Positions 1 through 10,104 are shown, numbered from the stretch's first letter. The stretch: DNA of 64,000 bases from Pyrinomonadaceae bacterium (GCA_040080065.1 JBEBJB010000028.1:1495-65494); one strand, 5' to 3'. Numbers and translations are program-made. Notes: generated from the letters alone by a model not told the origin.

Positions 1-366
1 AGCGCCAAAACTCTCGCCTGTGACGAGCGGTACGAGATACTTCTGCTTCTGAGCTTCATTGGCAAACGTGTAAATGTGATTCGAGCAAAGCGAATTATGC
101 GCCGCGACCGACAACCCGACGCTGCCGCAGACCCGCCCCAACTCCTCGATAATGGTCGCGTATTCCACATAACCCATCCCCGCACCGCCATATTCCTCAG
201 GAAAAAGAATGCCCATCAGCCCAAGCTCGGCGAGTTTCGGCCGTAATTCCTCAGGAAAATGCTGGGTCTCGTCCCATTCCATCACATGCGGTTTTATCTC
301 GCTCTCGGCAAATTCGCGTATGCTGTATTTTATTTGTAATTGCTCTTCGGATAGTTCAAAGTTCAT
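1..366 (-). CDS. acyl-CoA dehydrogenase, N-terminal part (gene runs off window start)
   Basis: Own minus-strand translation from ATG at 366: [79 protein letters not shown]..., a typical ACAD N-terminal domain. Not in the ORF track because it is truncated by the edge. Confidence 0.8.
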   Translation of the reverse strand, partial: MNFELSEEQLQIKYSIREFAESEIKPHVMEWDETQHFPEELRPKLAELGLMGILFPEEYGGAGMGYVEYATIIEELGRVCGSVGLSVAAHNSLCSNHIYTFANEAQKQKYLVPLVTGESFGA

Positions 367-479
367 AAATGCGTATATAACAAACAATTATGATGACATA
401 ATGACGCAAGCGCGGGCAAACTTTTCCTGCTGAAATTATTTGCTTGCAGAGATGGTGAAGTTGTAACTAAACTTGGCGT

Positions 480-920
480 ATGAACTGGAAAGATAACATC
501 CTGACAACTGACGACCAGATCAGGGAACTGCTTTGCGAAACCAAGACGATCGCCGTTCTCGGTATCAAGCCGGAATCTCATGCCGGGCAGCCAGCGCATT
601 ACGTCCCAAAATATATGGCGGACGCGGGTTATGAGATCATTCCGGTGCCGGTCTATTATCCTGAAGTGACCGAAATACTCGGCAAACCGGTCTATCGCGA
701 CCTAACGCAGGTGCCGGGCGAGATCGATATGCTGAATGTCTTTCGGCGGTCGGAGGATATTTCGAAACACACGCTCGAAATACTGGCCAAGAAGCCGAAA
801 TCGGTGTGGTTTCAGTTGGGAATCCGCAATGACGACGTCGCCGAACGCTTCGCCGAGGCCGGGATCAAGGTCGTGCTGGATCTGTGTCTGATGGTGGAGC
901 ATCGGGCTTTGCTGCGGTAG
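480..920 (+). CDS. CoA-binding domain protein (YccU/YneT-like)
   Basis: 146 aa. TIAVLGIKPESHAGQPAHYVPKYMADAGYEIIPV...DMLNVFRRSEDI...WFQLGIRNDD resembles the small CoA-binding (Rossmann-like) family. Confidence 0.8.
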   Translation: MNWKDNILTTDDQIRELLCETKTIAVLGIKPESHAGQPAHYVPKYMADAGYEIIPVPVYYPEVTEILGKPVYRDLTQVPGEIDMLNVFRRSEDISKHTLEILAKKPKSVWFQLGIRNDDVAERFAEAGIKVVLDLCLMVEHRALLR

Positions 921-983
921 AAAATCCCAACATTTCAATCGATAAATCTTGAAAGTGATGTCAAATAGTAGTATCATCGAAAA

Positions 984-1238
984 GTGAAAAGCAAAGATCG
1001 GAAATTGCTGGAAAAGATCTTTGCGAGACCCGTTTCCGGCAATATTCGATGGACTGAGATGGTTTCATTGTTCAAGAGCCTGGGGGCCGAGATTTCTGAG
1101 GCGCAGGGTTCACGTGTTCGGGTTTTTTTGTTTGACGAGATCAGAGTGTTTCACAGACCCCACCCGAGCCCGATGATCGATAAAGGAGCAGTCGAATCCA
1201 TTAGAAAGTGGTTTTCGGAACACGAAGTAGAACCATGA
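984..1238 (+). CDS. hicA: type II toxin HicA family
   Basis: 84 aa, GTG start. KLLEKIFARPVSGNIRWTEMVSLFKSLGAEISEAQGSRVRV...FHRPHPSPMIDKGAVESIRKWF matches the HicA-like mRNA interferase pattern. Overlaps the next gene by ATGA. Confidence 0.75.
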   Translation: MKSKDRKLLEKIFARPVSGNIRWTEMVSLFKSLGAEISEAQGSRVRVFLFDEIRVFHRPHPSPMIDKGAVESIRKWFSEHEVEP

Positions 1239-1564
1239 GAAACACTATGAAATTCGGTAAATATTCGGCGGTCATAAGTTATGACCCGGATATTGCGATG
1301 TTTCGCGGCGAATTTGTCGGCCTGAACGGCGGAGCAGATTTTTATGCCAGCAGCATCGAAGAGCTAAGAAAAGAAGGCGAAACCAGTTTGAAAGTTTTTT
1401 TAGACTTTGCTAAGGAGAAGAATATTTCGCCTGAAAAGGCATATTCTGGCCGGCTCGTACTTCGTCTCGATCCCGCGCTGCATCGAAAATACAAGCTCCT
1501 TGCCTCCGCAAAACATATCAGCCTGAATCAGCTCCTCAACGAGGCCCTGGAAAAAGCTCTTTAA
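1235..1564 (+). CDS. hicB: type II antitoxin HicB family (RHH C-terminus)
   Basis: ATG at 1235 overlaps the hicA stop (ATGA). KYSAVISYDPDIAMFRGEFVGLNGGADFYASSIEELRKEGETSLKVFLDF...GRLVLRLDPALHRK...SLNQLLNEALE is the typical HicB plus ribbon-helix-helix tail. Confidence 0.75.
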   Translation: MRNTMKFGKYSAVISYDPDIAMFRGEFVGLNGGADFYASSIEELRKEGETSLKVFLDFAKEKNISPEKAYSGRLVLRLDPALHRKYKLLASAKHISLNQLLNEALEKAL

Positions 1565-1600
1565 CCCTACTTCGATTTGTTGCAGGGTTTGCTGTCGTAG

Positions 1601-2350
1601 CTATCTGCGGAATGCCGGTTTCTTTGGCGCGACCCTGCCCATCAGAATATCGTATTCTTCCTTGGTCAGAGATCGGCTCATGCCGGGTTTTAGGTACGGA
1701 TCTCGTACGGTTCCGATGGCGACGCGTTTTAGTTTTACTACGGAGTGGCCGACGGAGTCGAACATTTTGCGGATCTGCTGATTGTGGCCTTCGTAGAGGA
1801 TTACTTCGTACCAGCCGTTCTTGTCGGTTGGCTTGAGATCTTTTATTTCTGCCGGAGCGGTTTTGAATCCATCTTCTAACAGCACGCCGCGGCGGAGTTT
1901 GTTGATCGCGACCGGTGTGGGCAGGCCTTTTACCTTAACCTCATAAACCTTGGGGATCGTCTTGGAATTCGCGACAAAATTCGTGAAATCGCCGTCGTTG
2001 GTAAGGATGATCAGCCCGTCGGTGTTGTAATCCAATCGGCCGACGGGGTGCAGGCGGCCGTAGCCTTTGACGAGGTCGACGACGAGCTTGCGACCTTCGG
2101 CGTCGGCGGCGCTTGAGAGATAGCCCTTTGGTTTGTTGACGAGGATGTAGACGTTCTCACGGTTTTGGAGCTTGGCGTTGATGAGCTTGCCGCGGACCTT
2201 GATGTGGTCTTTTTCGGGGTCGGCCTTCGTCCCAAGCTCGGTCACGATCTCGCCATTGACCGAAACGTCGCCATTCCGGATCAGTTCCTCAGAGGCACGC
2301 CGCGAAGCGATACCGGCCTGAGCTATTAATTTTTGTAATCTTTCCTGCAT
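1601..2350 (-). CDS. rluB: 23S rRNA pseudouridine synthase, RluB/RsuA family
   Basis: 249 aa. N-terminal S4 domain (RLQKLIAQAGIASRRASEELIRNGDVSVNG) followed by the HPVGRLDYNTDGLIILTNDG catalytic motif. Confidence 0.85.
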   Translation of the reverse strand: MQERLQKLIAQAGIASRRASEELIRNGDVSVNGEIVTELGTKADPEKDHIKVRGKLINAKLQNRENVYILVNKPKGYLSSAADAEGRKLVVDLVKGYGRLHPVGRLDYNTDGLIILTNDGDFTNFVANSKTIPKVYEVKVKGLPTPVAINKLRRGVLLEDGFKTAPAEIKDLKPTDKNGWYEVILYEGHNQQIRKMFDSVGHSVVKLKRVAIGTVRDPYLKPGMSRSLTKEEYDILMGRVAPKKPAFRR

Positions 2351-2397
2351 GCGAACGTGCGATTGTACAGCATTTGGATTGATTCCGCGAATTGAGC

Positions 2398-3000
2398 CTA
2401 AAAATAGGGATTCGCGAGGATGCTTTCCATCGTGCCATGCGGCATGTCGTCGAGTGTGTTAACGAAATCACGCATGAGACGAAAGCTGTTCGGGATGTAC
2501 TCATCAGGGATGTCGCTGGCACGGTCAACGAAAACCTTCATCTGCCGAGCCGCGACGACGGCTGCGACATGCGTTTTTGCCATCAACTGATCATGCGAAT
2601 CCGGCGTGAATGCGGAGCCGCTCGGATCGGTGCGTTTGATGGTGGAAACCTGCGAGAACGTGTCGAGAAACTCGCGCTCGGCTTCGGCAAATGGGCTGTC
2701 GGTGGCGACTTCGCGCGTCAGGATCGAGTTTCGTTTCTCAGCCGGCGTTCTCGCACCGAATAGCGGATGGATCGACGTAACATTCGGGGTGTAACGCAGT
2801 GCCATTTCGGTGCTCGGTTTCTGCACGCTGCACACATTGATCAAATGCCGGTCGCGATGGCCCGAAGCGAGACTGTCGTACGCCGAAATCGGAACAGCGA
2901 GAATGACGCTGTCCGCCGATTTGTCGATCTCGAAGATCGGGCCGAGCAGTTCGTGAAGAAAGCTGCCGAACGAGCCTTCGCCGATGATTTGTATCTTCAT
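2398..3000 (-). CDS. prephenate dehydrogenase-like (TyrA family, short form)
   Basis: Start moved to MKIQIIGEGSFGS (ATG at 3000); the longer ORF begins inside a REP element. IHPLFG and DSHDQLMAKTHV motifs resemble TyrA. Confidence 0.55.
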   Translation of the reverse strand: MKIQIIGEGSFGSFLHELLGPIFEIDKSADSVILAVPISAYDSLASGHRDRHLINVCSVQKPSTEMALRYTPNVTSIHPLFGARTPAEKRNSILTREVATDSPFAEAEREFLDTFSQVSTIKRTDPSGSAFTPDSHDQLMAKTHVAAVVAARQMKVFVDRASDIPDEYIPNSFRLMRDFVNTLDDMPHGTMESILANPYF

Positions 3001-3038
3001 GATGTCTTTCTTTTCCCCCGGTCGTGGCCCACACGGAG

Positions 3039-3112
3039 CACAAGCCCGCGCGTAAGCAAGGGCGTATCGTTCAACTTGAATGGTTTCCCCTTGCTCACGC
3101 GCGGGCTTGTGC
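3039..3112. repeat. REP/MITE-like palindromic element, family 1
   Basis: Arms caagcccgcgcgtaagcaagggcg / ccccttgctcacgcgcgggcttg around a loop containing caacttgaa. Same element at 3784, 9625, 11075 and clustered at 53540-54050. Confidence 0.85.
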
Positions 3113-3144
3113 AAACGGTGTTCTTGGTCGCGGTAAAGCGCCCT

Positions 3145-3708
3145 CTACGTTACTAGATCCTCAAAATCCTCAATACTCGGAAGTTCGCTCAGGTCTTTCA
3201 AACCGAACTGCATCAAAAACTCCTTCGACGTGCCGTACATCATTGGTCGGCCGACAGCTTCTTTGCGGCCTTTGGCGATGATGAGGCGTTTGTCGAGCAA
3301 GGTTTTGATTGCTGACGCTGACTGGACGCCGCGAATCTCAAGGATCTCGGGCACGGTCACGGGCTGTTTGTAGGCGATAACCGCGAGCGTTTCGAGCGAG
3401 GCGAGCGACAGCTTGGCCGACGGACGCGTTCGCAGGAACTGCCTTACTTCTTCATGCAGTTCTGTCCGCGTCGCAAGCTGCCAGCCGCCGGCGATCGCTC
3501 TGACTTGCAGGCCGCTGCCGCGTTCTTCGTATTCGCGTCCTAGTTCCTCAGCCGCCGCGTCGATGCTTTCTTTCTCTTCGCCCAAAACCTCAGCCAGCAA
3601 TTTTGATGTCACCGGTTCATCCGCAACAAAGATCAATGCCTCGACGAGCGACATAAGCTCCGCAGGCGTGCGTGCAGGTTTAGAAATTTCCTCGATCTCT
3701 TCGGTCAT
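3145..3708 (-). CDS. scpB: segregation and condensation protein B
   Basis: 187 aa. LVEALIFVADEPVT...RGSGLQVRAIAGGWQLATR...SLETLAVIAYKQPVTVPEILEIRGV is the typical ScpB winged-helix pair. Lies downstream of scpA. Confidence 0.85.
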   Translation of the reverse strand: MTEEIEEISKPARTPAELMSLVEALIFVADEPVTSKLLAEVLGEEKESIDAAAEELGREYEERGSGLQVRAIAGGWQLATRTELHEEVRQFLRTRPSAKLSLASLETLAVIAYKQPVTVPEILEIRGVQSASAIKTLLDKRLIIAKGRKEAVGRPMMYGTSKEFLMQFGLKDLSELPSIEDFEDLVT

Positions 3709-3783
3709 AGTCGGAATCTAACAGGATAGACAGGATGGGAAGGATAATCAATCGAAGAACGGGAATTTCACGTCGAAATGCAG

Positions 3784-3850
3784 AAGCCTGCGCGTAAGCA
3801 GGGGCGTGTCACGCACTTGAATGTTTCGCCCTTGCTTACGCGCGGGCTTG
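3784..3850. repeat. REP/MITE-like palindromic element, family 1
   Basis: gaagcctgcgcgtaagcaggggcg ... cgcccttgcttacgcgcgggcttg with a cacttgaatg loop. Lies between scpB and scpA. Confidence 0.8.
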
Positions 3851-3863
3851 CGCCGCTGAGCAT

Positions 3864-4667
3864 CTATTCGAACGAAGGGCCAAGTTCGGCGGTTTCTGTC
3901 GCTTTCATCAAAATAATATCGCCGAAAGTTTTCCGCTGAACCAATTTCACGCCGACCGTCCGCACTATCTCGAGGACCGCAATGAAAGCAGTCACGAGTT
4001 CGCGTTTTGAGTGCATCTCCTCGAAAAACACGAGCAGATTTATCTCGCCGTCTTTGAAAATCCGATCCCTCAACGTTTTGATCATGTCAGAAAGCGAGAT
4101 CTCTTCGCGCTCGATCTCCATTTTGATCTCGTCGACGTGGCGGGCGACGATTTTTTGGAAAACGGTGAGGATATCAAAAACGGTTGCGTTGACCTCGGCG
4201 TTGCTCGCGTCAGACTCGATCGGGCCGCGGGTGAAGATTGCTTGTTCGATGGTCGAGCGCTCGTAAAGCATTCCGGCGGCGGATTTGAATTTTTCGTATT
4301 CGAGAAGGCGGTCGACAAGCTCTTTACGCGGATCTTCGAACTCTTCTTCCTCGGTGAGCGTCGGATCGCGAGGCAGCAGCATCTTCGATTTGATCTCGAT
4401 CAGCGTTGCCGCCATCACCAGGAAATCGGCCGCGACGGCGATGTCGAGCCGCTTCATGAGGCGGATGTATTCGAGATACTTCTGTGTGATGCGGGCGATC
4501 GGTATGTCGAAAATATTCGCCTGCTCCTGTTTGATCAGAAACAAAAGCAGATCGAGCGGCCCGGCAAAATCGCCGAGCTTTATCTTCAGATCCTCCGACG
4601 AACCGCCCAATATCTGGGCTTTTTCGTTATGAAAATCAAAGCTGAACTGTTCGGCCGTTTGCTCCAT
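3864..4667 (-). CDS. scpA: segregation and condensation protein A
   Basis: 267 aa. [35 protein letters not shown] is the ScpA kleisin signature. Confidence 0.85.
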   Translation of the reverse strand: MEQTAEQFSFDFHNEKAQILGGSSEDLKIKLGDFAGPLDLLLFLIKQEQANIFDIPIARITQKYLEYIRLMKRLDIAVAADFLVMAATLIEIKSKMLLPRDPTLTEEEEFEDPRKELVDRLLEYEKFKSAAGMLYERSTIEQAIFTRGPIESDASNAEVNATVFDILTVFQKIVARHVDEIKMEIEREEISLSDMIKTLRDRIFKDGEINLLVFFEEMHSKRELVTAFIAVLEIVRTVGVKLVQRKTFGDIILMKATETAELGPSFE

Positions 4668-7062
4668 GAATAGAGCATTCTAGCGTAAAGCGGCTGTTAC
4701 ATAAAGGAGCGGCTTCTGAAGAGATCAACCACGTAACGTCATTCAGCAGCCAGTTCGAATACCGCCGACTTTCTGTCTGGTCGGGGATCGTCCCGGCGGC
4801 CGGGCCACATCCGGCACTTGCTGTGATCGTTCCCAAGATGATCTGACGAATAACGGTCACATCACCAGCATCGATCTGGCCGTTTCCGCAAGGCAGATTA
4901 ACATCGGATCGCTGAAATTGATTCGGCGTCGTTACGGGCGTCGCGGTTCCAAGAATAAACTGCCTGATCACGCTAACGTCATTAGCCAATATGAACCCAT
5001 CGCCCGCAGGTCCGCCATTTCCGTCCACTACATCCCCCTCAATGCCCGTCTCCACGATCGGCGTCGGAGTTGGCGTCGGTACGGGTGTCGGAGTCGGAGT
5101 TGGAGTCGCCGTTGGAGTCGGAGTCGCCGCCGGAGTTGGCGTCGGCGTCGGAGTCGCCATCGGAGTTGGAGTCGGCGTCGGAGTCGCCATCGGAGTTGGA
5201 GTTGGCGTCGGCGTTGGAGTTGGCGTCGGAGTTGGCGTCGGAGTTGGAGTTGGAGTTGGAGTCGGAGTTGGAGTCGGAGTCGGAGTCGGAGTTGGATTCG
5301 GCGTCGGAGTTGGAGTCAGAGTTGGAGTCGGCGTCGGAGTTGGAGTCGGCGTCGGAGTTGGAGTCAGAGTTGGAGTCGGCGTCGGAGTTGGCGTTGGAGT
5401 CGGAGTTGGCGTTGGAGTCAGAGTTGGAGTTGGAGTCGGTGTTGGAGTTGGCGTCGGGGTCGGTGTCGCTCCGCCAGCCGCGTTTACTGCTGCAAGGGCG
5501 TCGATGCGACCGTAGCCGAAGGAATTGTTTGGGATCTGTGTTGATGGGATTCCGCCGCAGGTTTGAGCGGCGACACTCACCGTCGGGTTCGCCGTATTTT
5601 GCAACATAGCTTTTGTCGCAGCGATGTCGCGAACGAGGGCTGGGCGAGCTGACCACAACAGTGCAACTACGCCTGCTACATGCGGGCCCGCCATTGAGGT
5701 TCCGCTGAGATTTGCAAACGCCGTATCGCTCGTTCTGGTCGCAGATCTGACATTTACGCCGGGTGCTGAAATGTTCGGTTTCAGCAGGTTTGGTGTGTAA
5801 TACGTGCTTGGCCCGCGGCTGCTGAAGCTCGCCATGGAATTATTGATATCAAACGCTCCGACCGAAAATGACGCCTCATAGATCGCCGCCGGCGTGCTGA
5901 CGGACGAACAGCTCGGGCCCGAATTTCCGGCGGAAACCGCAACAAATATTCCGGTGGCCTGCGTATTGTTGACGATCGTCTCGAGTTCAGCCCGCGTTGT
6001 GCAGCCTTCGCTCGCCGGGCAACTCCAGGAGTTGTTCAAAACGTGCGGGCGAAGCGTAGGATTGGGGTTGTTTCCGGTCAGATCGGTCGGGGCTATCATG
6101 AACTGAAAACACTCGGCATACGTGGCGGGAGTGCCGTCGCCGACGTTCATATTGCGGCAGCCGATCCATTTGGCTCCGGGAGCGACACCGACCTGATTTC
6201 CGGTGCCATCATCGCCCACAACGGTTCCAACCGTGTGCGTTCCGTGACCATCGTCGTCGCAAGGTGCAGTTGTATTCGCACCGCAGACGCCTCCACCAGA
6301 ATGGATAGCGTCGAACCAATTATAGTTGTGATCCGCTGTCGTTCCATTCCATCCGCGATACTTGGATTTTAGTGTGTTATGTGTCCAACGAATCCCCGTG
6401 TCGAGTCCGCCGATGACGATGCCTTGGCCATTGAATCCCATCGTCCAGACCGACGGAGCATTGACGTTTGTCACGCCCCATTCGACGGCATTCGGCGTAT
6501 CGGGACGAGCGGCATCCACAGCAAATTTAGCTACTTTGGGATCTTCGATCCACCTTGTCGGACGGTTCGAATCTATGCGAGCAACGTCCGGACGCGCGGC
6601 TAATTTTTGCAAAAGGGAGTGGTCCGCGGACGTGACGATCATGTTTGCCGCCCAGTACGACTGGTATTTTCGCCCTTCGTTGTCGAGTAAATTCTGGAGG
6701 CTTGCCTGCGTGCGGTCAGCTTCACTCTTAAGCGTTCGGTAAACGAACCAACCGCGTTCGTCCTGATCGGTGATCGAATATGCTTTGCTGACATCGGCTT
6801 GTTCCGCGAGCAGAATGACGATCGGTGTTGATTTACCATCCGCCGTATCTCTGCGAACATCAGGCGAGATCTTGTCTTCCTGACCAAGAGTAAACGGCGG
6901 GATCGCGGGCGAAGTTAGGCCGAAAACCGAAAGAAAAGTCGGTTGAATACCAGTATTTACGCTCGCTTCGCTAACCGGAGAGATAATCATCCATCCTGCG
7001 ACCAGCATGAGTAAAACCGCTCCAAAAAAAACACCTCGTCCGCGAGAAAATGATCGTGACAT
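4636..7062 (-). CDS. secreted S8 (subtilisin-like) serine peptidase with PT-rich linker and dockerin-like C-terminal repeats
   Basis: 808 aa. Signal-like N-terminus and an I9-like propeptide. Catalytic D (GGLDTGI), H (HGTHTVGT) and S ([11 protein letters not shown]). A 136-aa (T/P) linker, then two DxNxxGxIDxxDVxVIRQxILG repeats. Confidence 0.85.
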   Translation of the reverse strand: MSRSFSRGRGVFFGAVLLMLVAGWMIISPVSEASVNTGIQPTFLSVFGLTSPAIPPFTLGQEDKISPDVRRDTADGKSTPIVILLAEQADVSKAYSITDQDERGWFVYRTLKSEADRTQASLQNLLDNEGRKYQSYWAANMIVTSADHSLLQKLAARPDVARIDSNRPTRWIEDPKVAKFAVDAARPDTPNAVEWGVTNVNAPSVWTMGFNGQGIVIGGLDTGIRWTHNTLKSKYRGWNGTTADHNYNWFDAIHSGGGVCGANTTAPCDDDGHGTHTVGTVVGDDGTGNQVGVAPGAKWIGCRNMNVGDGTPATYAECFQFMIAPTDLTGNNPNPTLRPHVLNNSWSCPASEGCTTRAELETIVNNTQATGIFVAVSAGNSGPSCSSVSTPAAIYEASFSVGAFDINNSMASFSSRGPSTYYTPNLLKPNISAPGVNVRSATRTSDTAFANLSGTSMAGPHVAGVVALLWSARPALVRDIAATKAMLQNTANPTVSVAAQTCGGIPSTQIPNNSFGYGRIDALAAVNAAGGATPTPTPTPTPTPTPTLTPTPTPTPTPTPTPTPTLTPTPTPTPTPTPTPTLTPTPTPNPTPTPTPTPTPTPTPTPTPTPTPTPTPTPTPTPTPMATPTPTPTPMATPTPTPTPAATPTPTATPTPTPTPVPTPTPTPIVETGIEGDVVDGNGGPAGDGFILANDVSVIRQFILGTATPVTTPNQFQRSDVNLPCGNGQIDAGDVTVIRQIILGTITASAGCGPAAGTIPDQTESRRYSNWLLNDVTWLISSEAAPLCNSRFTLECSIHGANGRTVQL
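5059..5466. repeat. imperfect tandem (ACN-CCN) repeat encoding the Pro-Thr linker of the S8 peptidase
   Basis: ggagttggagtcggcgtc-type periodic DNA. Generates long spurious ORFs in other frames and on the other strand. Confidence 0.9.
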
Positions 7063-7155
7063 CTAAATCTCCTAATAAATCGCTAATTCAAGTGTATTTA
7101 CCCGCAGAGCTTCGTGTCAATGTTTTGTCCGGCCTCGTAATTGAAAAAGCTCCTG

Positions 7156-8304
7156 CTAAGGCAATTCGCTTATAGCTCGTGAAAGGTCGTCGATCAATAC
7201 GTCCGCTTCTTCCAATCCGACATAAAACCTGATCATACTGACCTGCGGATCATCGGCCGGGACGAACGCACATTTTGGCATAATGAGCGATTCGTGACCG
7301 CCCCAGGAGACGGCGATGAGGAAGTATCGGAGCGATTCGCAAAACCGTTTGATCGCGGCAACATCCCTTGTTTTCAACGCAATCGTGAACATTCCCATCG
7401 GCATTTTCATCTGGCTTTTTGCTAGTTCCAATTGCGGGCTGTCTTCGTTGAACGGATACCAAATTCGCTCGATCTTGGGTGAACTGCGGAGGAATTCTAA
7501 GACCTTCAAAGTGCTTTCGGATGACTGCTTGAGTCTGATCGGCAGTGTCCGAAGGCTGCGGAGCATCAGCCATGCGTTTTGCGGGGCCAGGATGTTGCCG
7601 AAGGTCATGAATTCGTTATGAAATATCTGCGTGATCTTCGCCTCAGAACCGCAGATCGCTCCGGCGACCACATCGCTGTGGCCGTTGTAATACTTGGTCG
7701 CGGAATAGATGACGAGGTCGATCCCGAGATCGATCGGCCGCTGGCATAGCGCAGTGCAATAGCTGTTGTCGATCACCGTCGTGATGCATCGCCGTCTGGC
7801 AAAACTCGCTATCGCGCGTAGATCTTGAATCTCAAACGTCCACGAATTCGGCGATTCGAGATAGATCAACTTGGTCTCGTCGGAAACCGCTTTCTTAAAA
7901 TTCCTGGGATCGGTTCCATCGACAAAGGTTGTCTCAACATCGAATCGCGGGAGGATCTTGGTCATCAGGTGATTTGCCCAGGTGTAAGGGTTTTGTACCG
8001 AAACGATGTGGTCACCGGCGTTTACCTGTGACATTACGGCGTTCGTGATCGCCGCAGCACCGCTGCCGACCATCAGACAATCTTCGGCGCCCTCGAGAGC
8101 CGCCATTTTCTTGGCGAGCATGGTTACGGTCGGGTTATTGCCGCGCGTGTAGATGTGCTCGTCCTTTTCGTTCGTAATCGCGTGGATGAACTCATCGACC
8201 GTTGGATACGCAAAATTGCTCGTCTGAATGATCGGCGGAGCGACCGCGTGGAAATAATTCTCGCGGTCTTCGGCTAGCTGGTTGATGATGAAGGATTCGT
8301 TCAT
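7156..8304 (-). CDS. Cys/Met-metabolism PLP-dependent enzyme (cystathionine gamma-synthase/beta-lyase family)
   Basis: 382 aa. SATKYYNGHSDVVAG carries the PLP-lysine motif and the overall trans-sulfuration family pattern is present. 4-bp overlap with the upstream permease gene. Confidence 0.8.
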   Translation of the reverse strand: MNESFIINQLAEDRENYFHAVAPPIIQTSNFAYPTVDEFIHAITNEKDEHIYTRGNNPTVTMLAKKMAALEGAEDCLMVGSGAAAITNAVMSQVNAGDHIVSVQNPYTWANHLMTKILPRFDVETTFVDGTDPRNFKKAVSDETKLIYLESPNSWTFEIQDLRAIASFARRRCITTVIDNSYCTALCQRPIDLGIDLVIYSATKYYNGHSDVVAGAICGSEAKITQIFHNEFMTFGNILAPQNAWLMLRSLRTLPIRLKQSSESTLKVLEFLRSSPKIERIWYPFNEDSPQLELAKSQMKMPMGMFTIALKTRDVAAIKRFCESLRYFLIAVSWGGHESLIMPKCAFVPADDPQVSMIRFYVGLEEADVLIDDLSRAISELP

Positions 8305-9608
8305 GCTTCTAAACTGGATTGGGTCTTACGAAATACCACGAAGAAAATGCATCCGAGAGCCAGAAAGATCAGACCGGCAACGGCTTCCTGGGGCTTTTCA
8401 TATAAGGTGTTGACGATTATGAAGCCCGTCATTGCGAGAAAGACAAGAGCCAGAAAGCTGCCAAGCAAGTTCTTCGATTTGATGAGAAAGAAAAAGCTTA
8501 ATGCTGTCAGGAAGAAAAATATCTCATCGACAAAAACCACGAAAGTTATAAGATTTGAAAACGTTTTCCAGAAAACCAGCAGGACGATCGTCCACGCGGA
8601 TTGGAACACGATAGCCCAAACTGGCGTGCCGTATCTGGTGTGGATCTCGGCAAATTTCCTAAAGAAAAGCTTGTCGTCTGCCATTGCGAAATATATTCGT
8701 GGGGCCGTCAAAATGTAGATACCGATCGTCCCCACGACCGAGACGATGATCAGGAACGAGACGAATTTTCCACCGAGGCCCCAGATCGTGTTGATCGCTT
8801 CCGAAGCGACACTTTTCGATGCGGCAATCTGCTCGATCGGCAGGAAGCGGAGGTACGCGACGTTTATCGTCAGATATGCGAGGCAGACGATAAGTATGCC
8901 GATGACCAAAGCTTTAGGGACGATCTTCGCGGCATTTTTGACTTCGGCAGCGACGAACGTTGCGTGTTGATAGCCGCCGAATGAGAAGGTAACGCCGATC
9001 AGAGCCAGGCCGAAAGCTGAGATAAGCGACAGATCGTTAGCTATAGGAGCATAGCTCGTGTTCAGGTAATTTACATGCTGATTTGTTCCGAAAAACAGCC
9101 CGAGAAAGACGACGAACAGAATTCCCAAAAGCTTCGCTGACGTAAAAATGCTGGCAAACAAATTACCGAATTTTACACCAAAAACGTTCATCACGGTCAG
9201 GACAACAATTGTAAGGACGGCAATGACGAGCTGGGCGTTGTCGGATAGCGGAATGAACGAACTCAGATAAGAAGTGAAGACCAAACTAAGAGCTGCGAGC
9301 GAGCCGGTATTGATCACGAGCAGCATCGACCAGCCGAACAGGAACGCGGGCAGTTTGCCGTACGCTTCTTTCAGAAAAACATAAAACCCGCCAACGTGCG
9401 GGAATTGTCCGGCGATTTTTGCAAAAGTCAGAGCTCCGCACAGAGCGATCATGCCGCCGAGAGCCCAAACGATCAACATAAGGCCTTCGCTCGGGAGGTA
9501 GCCGGCAATTTCCGAAGGCGTCCGGAAGATGCCCGAACCGATACTTGACCCGATCGCGATCATCGTCAGGCCGTACAGGCCGATCTCTTTTTTGTTGAGT
9601 TCTTCCAT
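8301..9608 (-). CDS. amino acid permease (APC superfamily)
   Basis: 435 aa, about 12 hydrophobic segments. N-terminal IGSSIGSGIFRTPSEIA motif. Confidence 0.85.
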   Translation of the reverse strand: MEELNKKEIGLYGLTMIAIGSSIGSGIFRTPSEIAGYLPSEGLMLIVWALGGMIALCGALTFAKIAGQFPHVGGFYVFLKEAYGKLPAFLFGWSMLLVINTGSLAALSLVFTSYLSSFIPLSDNAQLVIAVLTIVVLTVMNVFGVKFGNLFASIFTSAKLLGILFVVFLGLFFGTNQHVNYLNTSYAPIANDLSLISAFGLALIGVTFSFGGYQHATFVAAEVKNAAKIVPKALVIGILIVCLAYLTINVAYLRFLPIEQIAASKSVASEAINTIWGLGGKFVSFLIIVSVVGTIGIYILTAPRIYFAMADDKLFFRKFAEIHTRYGTPVWAIVFQSAWTIVLLVFWKTFSNLITFVVFVDEIFFFLTALSFFFLIKSKNLLGSFLALVFLAMTGFIIVNTLYEKPQEAVAGLIFLALGCIFFVVFRKTQSSLEA

Positions 9609-9624
9609 AAGATGTGCCGACGGT

Positions 9625-9700
9625 GCGAAAGCCCGCGCGTGAGCAAGGGCGAATCACTCAAGTTGGAGGTTTCGCCCTTGCTTACGCGCGGGCTTTCGCA
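9625..9700. repeat. REP/MITE-like palindromic element, family 1
   Basis: gaaagcccgcgcgtgagcaagggcgaatc ... ttcgcccttgcttacgcgcgggctttc with a caagttgga loop. Confidence 0.85.
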
Positions 9701-9705
9701 ATAAG

Positions 9706-10104
9706 CTATTCCACCGCGTGCCGCTTTAGGTCTTCGAGGCTGACGACGGTTAACGCTTGAGCGTGAGTAGCTTCGAGATAAACGCGCGGAGCCATTCCGG
9801 CTTCGAGGGCTTCGCGCCAGCGGAGCATGCAGAGGCACCATTTGTCGCCCGACTTGAGGCCGGGAAACGCATATTGCGGCATCGGCGTTGAAAGGTCGTT
9901 TCCGGCGGCTTTGGAGAACGCCAAAAACTCATCCGTCGCCTCGATGCACACCGTATGTCGGCCCGTATCGTCAACACCCGTGCGGCAATAGCCGTCGCGA
10001 TAAAATCCCGTCATCGGGTCGGTGCAGCAGCTTTGCAGTTCCGTGCCGAGGACGTTTTTGGGTTTAGGGGCGTGGCCGTTGCCGTTTCCGTTTGTGTAGC
10101 TCAT
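9706..10104 (-). CDS. DUF2237 family protein
   Basis: Start at MSYTNGNG (ATG at 10104). GTELQSCCTDPMTGFYRDGYCRTG...TVC...KSGDKWCLC is the DUF2237 cysteine pattern. Confidence 0.8.
   Translation of the reverse strand: MSYTNGNGNGHAPKPKNVLGTELQSCCTDPMTGFYRDGYCRTGVDDTGRHTVCIEATDEFLAFSKAAGNDLSTPMPQYAFPGLKSGDKWCLCMLRWREALEAGMAPRVYLEATHAQALTVVSLEDLKRHAVE

Noticed and set aside
4011-4673. 220-aa plus-strand ORF
   Set aside because: Antisense to scpA, with no motif support.
4918-5656. Several 170-210-aa ORFs on both strands (GVGVGV, SWSRRW, DSNSDS, ELESEL repeats)
   Set aside because: They are alternative-frame readings of the (ACN-CCN) repeat that encodes the Pro-Thr linker of the S8 peptidase.
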